A model generated the notes under the pieces. The model was not told the origin of the DNA and searched no databases. It saw nothing but the letters and a program-made list of their open reading frames with translations. This document shows, piece after piece, positions 59,058 through 64,000 of a stretch of DNA of 64,000 nt. Within the stretch, counting starts at the first letter, position 1; each line of letters begins with the position of its first letter. Position numbers and translations under genes: made by a program. Source of the stretch: Cyanophora paradoxa CCMP329. Its lineage: Eukaryota; Plantae; Glaucophyta. The DNA is taken from positions 62,001 through 126,000 of the forward strand of contig QPMI01000439.1 of assembly GCA_004431415.1 (NCBI GenBank). The letters are read 5' to 3'.

Positions 59058-59815
59058 GTTTGTTTTGTGAATTACCGACCACAGTCTCTAGACAATTGAG
59101 TTGAAAGAAGGGGGTCAGATTTGCATTTGAAAAATTAATATTAATGAAAATCTGAGTCGACGTCATTATCTGACCCCCGTCTTTCTGGAAACTGCAAAAG
59201 CGGATTATAGATCTGTTGAATTGAAAGACGACACCGGATTTGTATATATAATTTCTGTAATGACTAGTATCAGGTATACAAAAGTAGTAACATAACTAGA
59301 CCAAGGATTATGCGAACTACGTTTACTCACTGATTATTTAAGCTTTCCATCGAAGTTCAACTGGAACCCTCTGTATACTCACTGATTATATAAGCTTTCG
59401 ATCGAAGTTCAACTGGAACCCTCTCAGAGGTTGAAAGCCGAAAACAATAAAGCTAGCGCTGCCAGCTGCAGGCTGTGCCGCAACCTGGGCCACCTGGCAA
59501 ACCTACCAATAGAGTATACCGTACCGTGGGGCCGAGAGGCCTCACCCCTCCTGGGAAAAAAGAACTAGCTACAGCACTCGAAACTGCACAGGTATTATAG
59601 TCAATTTATAGATCTGTTGAGTTGAAACTTGAAAGACTGGCATGGATATCTATATAATATCTGTTGACTAATACCAGGTAATATAAGAAGCAAAACTAGG
59701 CCAAGGATTATGCGAACTACTCACTAATTATTCTACATGTACAAGTTTCCGACGGTCAACTAGAATACTTGAAACCATCAGGGCGCTGAAAGCTGAAAAC
59801 AAAGCTGTGCCGCAA
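59058..59815. mobile_element. AT-rich composite repeat, possible non-autonomous element relic
   Basis: Dispersed-repeat terminus; 18-bp inverted repeat at 59103-59120 / 59168-59185; degenerate direct repeat with a ~400-bp period (59205 and 59606, sharing CCAAGGATTATGCGAACTAC); internal ~52-bp tandem duplication. No coding capacity. Confidence 0.45.
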
Positions 59816-59879
59816 GCAATGGCGACTCGAGCTCTCGCCCGATCGCTGCAGGGAGCGGCCTGGCCTATACATAGCTAGA

Positions 59880-62800
59880 TCACAGGACGGGGGGGCCGGC
59901 AGCCGCGTCCGCAGCGTGGTTGTGGCCGACGCCCGGACGGTGCGCGTGCAGAGTGAAATTCACAGGGGCGGCGGGGAATCCGGCGGCGAGGGCGGCGAGG
60001 AACGGGCAGCCGGCGCGGTGCGGGAGGGGCGAGAGGGCGCGCGAGAGGAGGATGCGGGTGGGGCACGGCTTCAGGAGCGCGTCGTCGAAGCCGCCGGCCA
60101 TGCACCGCGCGCGCGTCGACTCGCAGAGCCCCGCGCTGCGGTGCCGAAATATGAAATACAAGCTAAAGTCAGCGGCGAGTTCAGATACGTATTTGAATTA
60201 TTGCTGATATGTAAAAAGGATTTGCAAATCTGAACTGGGCTGAAAACTTAAGGGGGATCCAGATCCACTGACCTCCACGCGACGATGGTCTTTGGGCTTG
60301 AGCTCGGATCCGGACTGAGGTCGCCAGGCGCAGACTGCGCGGCGGCGGCGGCGGCGGCGGCGGCCTCGTCGGCCCGCATCTCCCGAATCGCCTCCTGCGG
60401 GGCCAAATTCGAAATCTGAGGCGAAGGCGCCGGCGAGGCCAGGGCGAGGGCGAGGGCGAAAGGGGGGGGCGAGGGGGAAGGGGGGGAGGGGGTGGAAGAG
60501 GCGGCCGCGGGGGATGGGGGGCGGGGGATGGGGGGCGCGGGAGGGGGGGGGGAGGGGGGGGGAGGGGGGTTCGCACGTGGCCGGTCATGCGAGGCATGTC
60601 GAGGTCTAGCACGACGGCGTCGTAGGCCCGCGCCCGCGTCGCCTCCACCGCCGCCCGCCCGTCGGCCACCACGTCCAGGCGCCCCGCGGGGCCAGAGACG
60701 ACGGGGCCAAAGATCCGCTTGGCGATGAGCCGGTTCAGCGGCTGTTCGGCTCGCGATCAGTTCGATCGCGAAAAATTGAAGCTGGCGAGAGGGCCGGGGG
60801 TACGCGCCTCGTCGTCGGCGACGAGTACCTGGAAGCCGCAGGTGCAGCGCCCGAGGACGGACCGCACCGCACCGGATCCGGATCCGCCGTAGGCCCGCTC
60901 CGCGGCCGCCGCGGAGAGGGGGCTCGCCCCGACAGACGGCGCCGTGCTCGCCAGCACGCCGGGGGCCGCAAGCTTAAGGGGACGGGAGGGAGGGGCGGGC
61001 GGGAGCAGCGACACCAGGGCCAGGGCCGCGGACGGCGAGCTCGAGCTAGAGGGGACAGGGGCGGGGCTGCAGCTGGGGACGTCGACGTCGACGGATCCGG
61101 AGGCGATCGCTCCTTCGAATTCTTTCGCTTCCTCCTCCTCCTCGTCCTCGTCCTCGGCGTTCTCCTCTGAGAGCTTGCGGAGGGCGCCGCTGGCTTCCAG
61201 CGCCTCCCGCAGGCGCGCCCGCGACTGCCCCCCCGCGCCCAGGTCCAAGGTAGCCCGCCGGCTCGGGTACCGCTGCCGCGGCGGCGTTGTCGGCGAAGCC
61301 CGCAAGAGCTGGAGGCTCGGCGCATCCGCGGCGGCGGCGGCGAGGAGGAGCGACGTGCTGAAAGCCGGAGCTGACTCCGAGAGTCGAACCGGCGCCAGCT
61401 GCAGCCCCGCAATCTGAGGCGAGTCCGGCAGCTGCAGCTGCGGCGGGCGCTCCCTTGGGGGGCTGTCTGGCGGGGAATCCGGGGCCGGGGCCGGGGCCTG
61501 GGGCGAGGTCGCGATCGGAGTCCGGGCCCCGGAGGGGGCCGAGGGGGGTACGAGTCCAGCCTGGCGGAGCTGCGCGGAGAGGGCCGAGACCCGCACGGGG
61601 GGGGCGTGCCTTGCGAGCAGACCCCCGACGCGCTCCAGGGCCCCTGCTCGAGTCCGTAAGGGGCCCTTCAACAATAATTTCATTTCTTGGGAGCGGGCGG
61701 GCAATTACAAGCTTATGATTAAAGCTTTAAGCTTTAAGCTGTCGGCTTATAATTAAGCGCGTGCGCACCTCTGGAGGGCGGGCGTGGCTCGGGGACGCGG
61801 CCCTCGCGCGATGGGGGAGGCGCGCGGGCGCCCCCGGGGCCCCTGAATTTGAAGCCCTGGAACGGACCCAGGGACAGCGCGCCTCCGCCGCCGCGTACCC
61901 CCTCCGCCTCGCCGCCCCGGGGGTAAAGGGGCGCTTCTGGGACCGAAGCGGGGATGTCGACGTCGCCGTCCACAGAGGCGCACGGGAGTACTAGTGGGGG
62001 AAGGGTGCGGGGCCGGAGCGCCGGCGCCGGGGCTCCCAGCGCGGGCTCCAGCTCGGAGGAGCACGGCTGGACGGCGTCTCCGTCGCCGTCGGCCGCGGCC
62101 GGAGGGTGATCATGAGTGCTTGGGGCCGGCGGCCGCGGGACGGGCTCGGGGGAGACGAAGTCACGAGGGGTACCGCCGTTGACGTTAACGTTGGAGGGGT
62201 CGGGGAATTCGAAGGCGCAAGGGCTCAGCACGTTTACTTGGGAGCGGGAGAGCGCGTTGACCAGCGCGGGCTCCGAAGCATTGCGGCGTATGCCTGCAGA
62301 GGCTCATGATTAGCACTCTGAAAAGAAGCCCGATCGTGATTTGCATCGATGAAAACATTGTAAAGAGATGCTCTAGATATATTTATATCGATTGTCTGAG
62401 AACCGAACTTCGCGTAATTATAATGTGTAATTATAAGGGGGTACTGTGTAAGGGAAATGTGTCGGGTGCTGTAACGTGTGTAACGGTAGTTCTTTTTTTT
62501 GGGGGGGGGGCGGGCGGGCAGGGGGATGGGCGGGCGGGGTGGGGGAGGGGATGGGGGGGGGGGGGGGGGGGGCGGGACAGGGAGGAGGGGGAGGAGGAGG
62601 AGGGGGGGGGGGGGACGGTCACCGCGGAAGTAGGGGGCCGGGGAGCAGGCGGCGACGAGGCGCGCGACGGACTCCGGGAGGTCCTTTTCGCTCGAAGCCG
62701 CCTCGGGGCCGGCCAGGTAGAGGCCTAGGGCCCGCCTCGCCGCCGCCCTGGGCGCCGGCACGAAACCGAAATCCCGGGGGGACGCGGCCGCGGCCGGCTG

Positions 62801-62902
62801 CAGCCTGGCGAGACCGCCGGCTCCAAAGTTGCCGGCGGCGGCGCCGGCGGGTCGCCACGAACTCACAGCTGCAGGGCGAGCGGCGTGGAGGCTTGGGAGC
62901 AT
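59880..62902 (-). CDS. Response-regulator receiver (REC) domain protein with a long low-complexity N-terminus; both ends uncertain
   Basis: FQVLVADDE|PLNRLIAKRIF...VVADGRAAVEA..AYDAVVLDLDMPRMTG...RARCMAGGFDDALLKP: acidic pair, phospho-acceptor Asp and KP are all present. No HisKA/HATPase motifs were seen in the window. Confidence 0.8.
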
Positions 62903-63569
62903 TTGGGAGGTCGACGGGCCGCCCCCGATCGCGGCGTCGCGGCGAATCGGTCCTAGGGCGTGATCGTGATCGTAAGTGGCCGCGCATGCTGTATTATACA
63001 TCTATATATAAATCTCGATGTGCATATACGCGTGGGAGGCCTAGGCGGATCGTCGGATCGATATCCCGGCGCGGGCCGCGCGGGGGCCGCGGGCCGCGGC
63101 CGGGGGCCGCGGCTGCCGCAGTGTGCGGTTACTTACCGGAGAGCACTTCCATCGCAAGCTTACGTCGACGTCGCGTTCACTCTCCGAAGACGACTCGACG
63201 CCGACTCACCCTAGGCCTCCGGTCCGGACCAGGCTCCGGTCCGGACTCCGGACTCAGTGACTAGCTTAGAAGTACTCAGGACTCCAAAGCTCGCCCGTAC
63301 GACTCGGCGAATTTCAGACCTTGCTTGAACAGTAAACTGAGCAGCGCACGCGCAAGCTTTGCAAGCGCGCGCTGCTGAGGGCTGAAGGCCCGGCCGTCGG
63401 GCTGAAGGGCGACTTCACGAACGCTCCGGTCCGCGACGTCAATCGGTCGGCCAGATGCTACACAGCCTACACTAGTATACGTACGTAATTTATAAACGTA
63501 TACTGTGATCATGCATATGATTGACATGCACACTACAATTTCGCAGCAGCATGCAGCCGCTGAACTGCC

Positions 63570-64000
63570 GCGCTGAACTCCGGGAGATCTAGAGTCGACT
63601 ATGCCGGCACGGTAGTACTACGGTAGCGGACCACTAGCGGCCGGCTGCGGTCCTCGAGTCGCGATCGATCGCGAGGACCTCGAGCTCGCCGAGTCGACTC
63701 CGAGGCTCCCGGTTCAGAGTCTTGGACTGGAGAGTCAGCTGCAGTGGAGACTGGAGACTGGAGTCACTGGACCAGTGGACCCGGACTCCCGGAGACTCCC
63801 GGGCCCGGCCGGAGGCCCGGAGACTGGGCCGGAGGCCCGGAGGGCCGGAGACTGGGTCGGAGTCCTCGCGCGCGGACTCGCGATCGCGATTCCGAAGTTC
63901 GGCGATCGTATTTCGCGCCTCCGACTCTCAGGCTCCGAGCCTCGGAGTCCGACTCTCAGTACACATGTACACTGTGATCCGATGATCATGACTCATGAGT
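63570..64000. repeat. Degenerate short-motif array (GACTC/GAGTC, CCGGAG, GGAGACTG)
   Basis: Dense recurrence of these motifs in both orientations; a smaller patch occurs at 63175-63305. Confidence 0.6.

Noticed and set aside
59324-59425. CRISPR-like repeat
   Set aside because: Only two adjacent copies, no unique spacers, no cas genes, eukaryotic context.

Overview
GC-rich, intron-dense eukaryotic nuclear DNA from an alga or protist (taxon not determinable from this window). Introns are mostly about 35-120 nt, and GC-AG introns are unusually common. Manual splicing gives about 11 genes, in order: endonuclease IV/APN1 (-); a coiled-coil hypothetical gene (+); a tandem pair of Cys-rich/TPR-like + coiled-coil + CCCH + RING genes (+); a tandem pair of divergent multi-AP2 + SAM-like genes (-); a DUF4062-NACHT-WD40 (NWD-like) gene with an MGCC lipidation start (-); TTC5 (-); the MER3/HFM1 helicase (+); a DUF4062-NACHT-TPR gene (+); and a receiver-domain protein (-). 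The best candidate for an undescribed system is a modular TPR exon-cassette architecture. The NACHT-TPR gene encodes one TPR per phase-0 exon (ten are exactly 126 nt), and two of its repeats are split by inserted non-TPR segments. The same 126-nt phase-0 module, cut at the same register, appears in the otherwise unrelated TPR-CCCH-RING pair. All gene models were spliced by eye, domain calls rest on motif recognition without database searches, and several gene ends are approximate. No rRNA, tRNA, CRISPR array or intact transposase was found.
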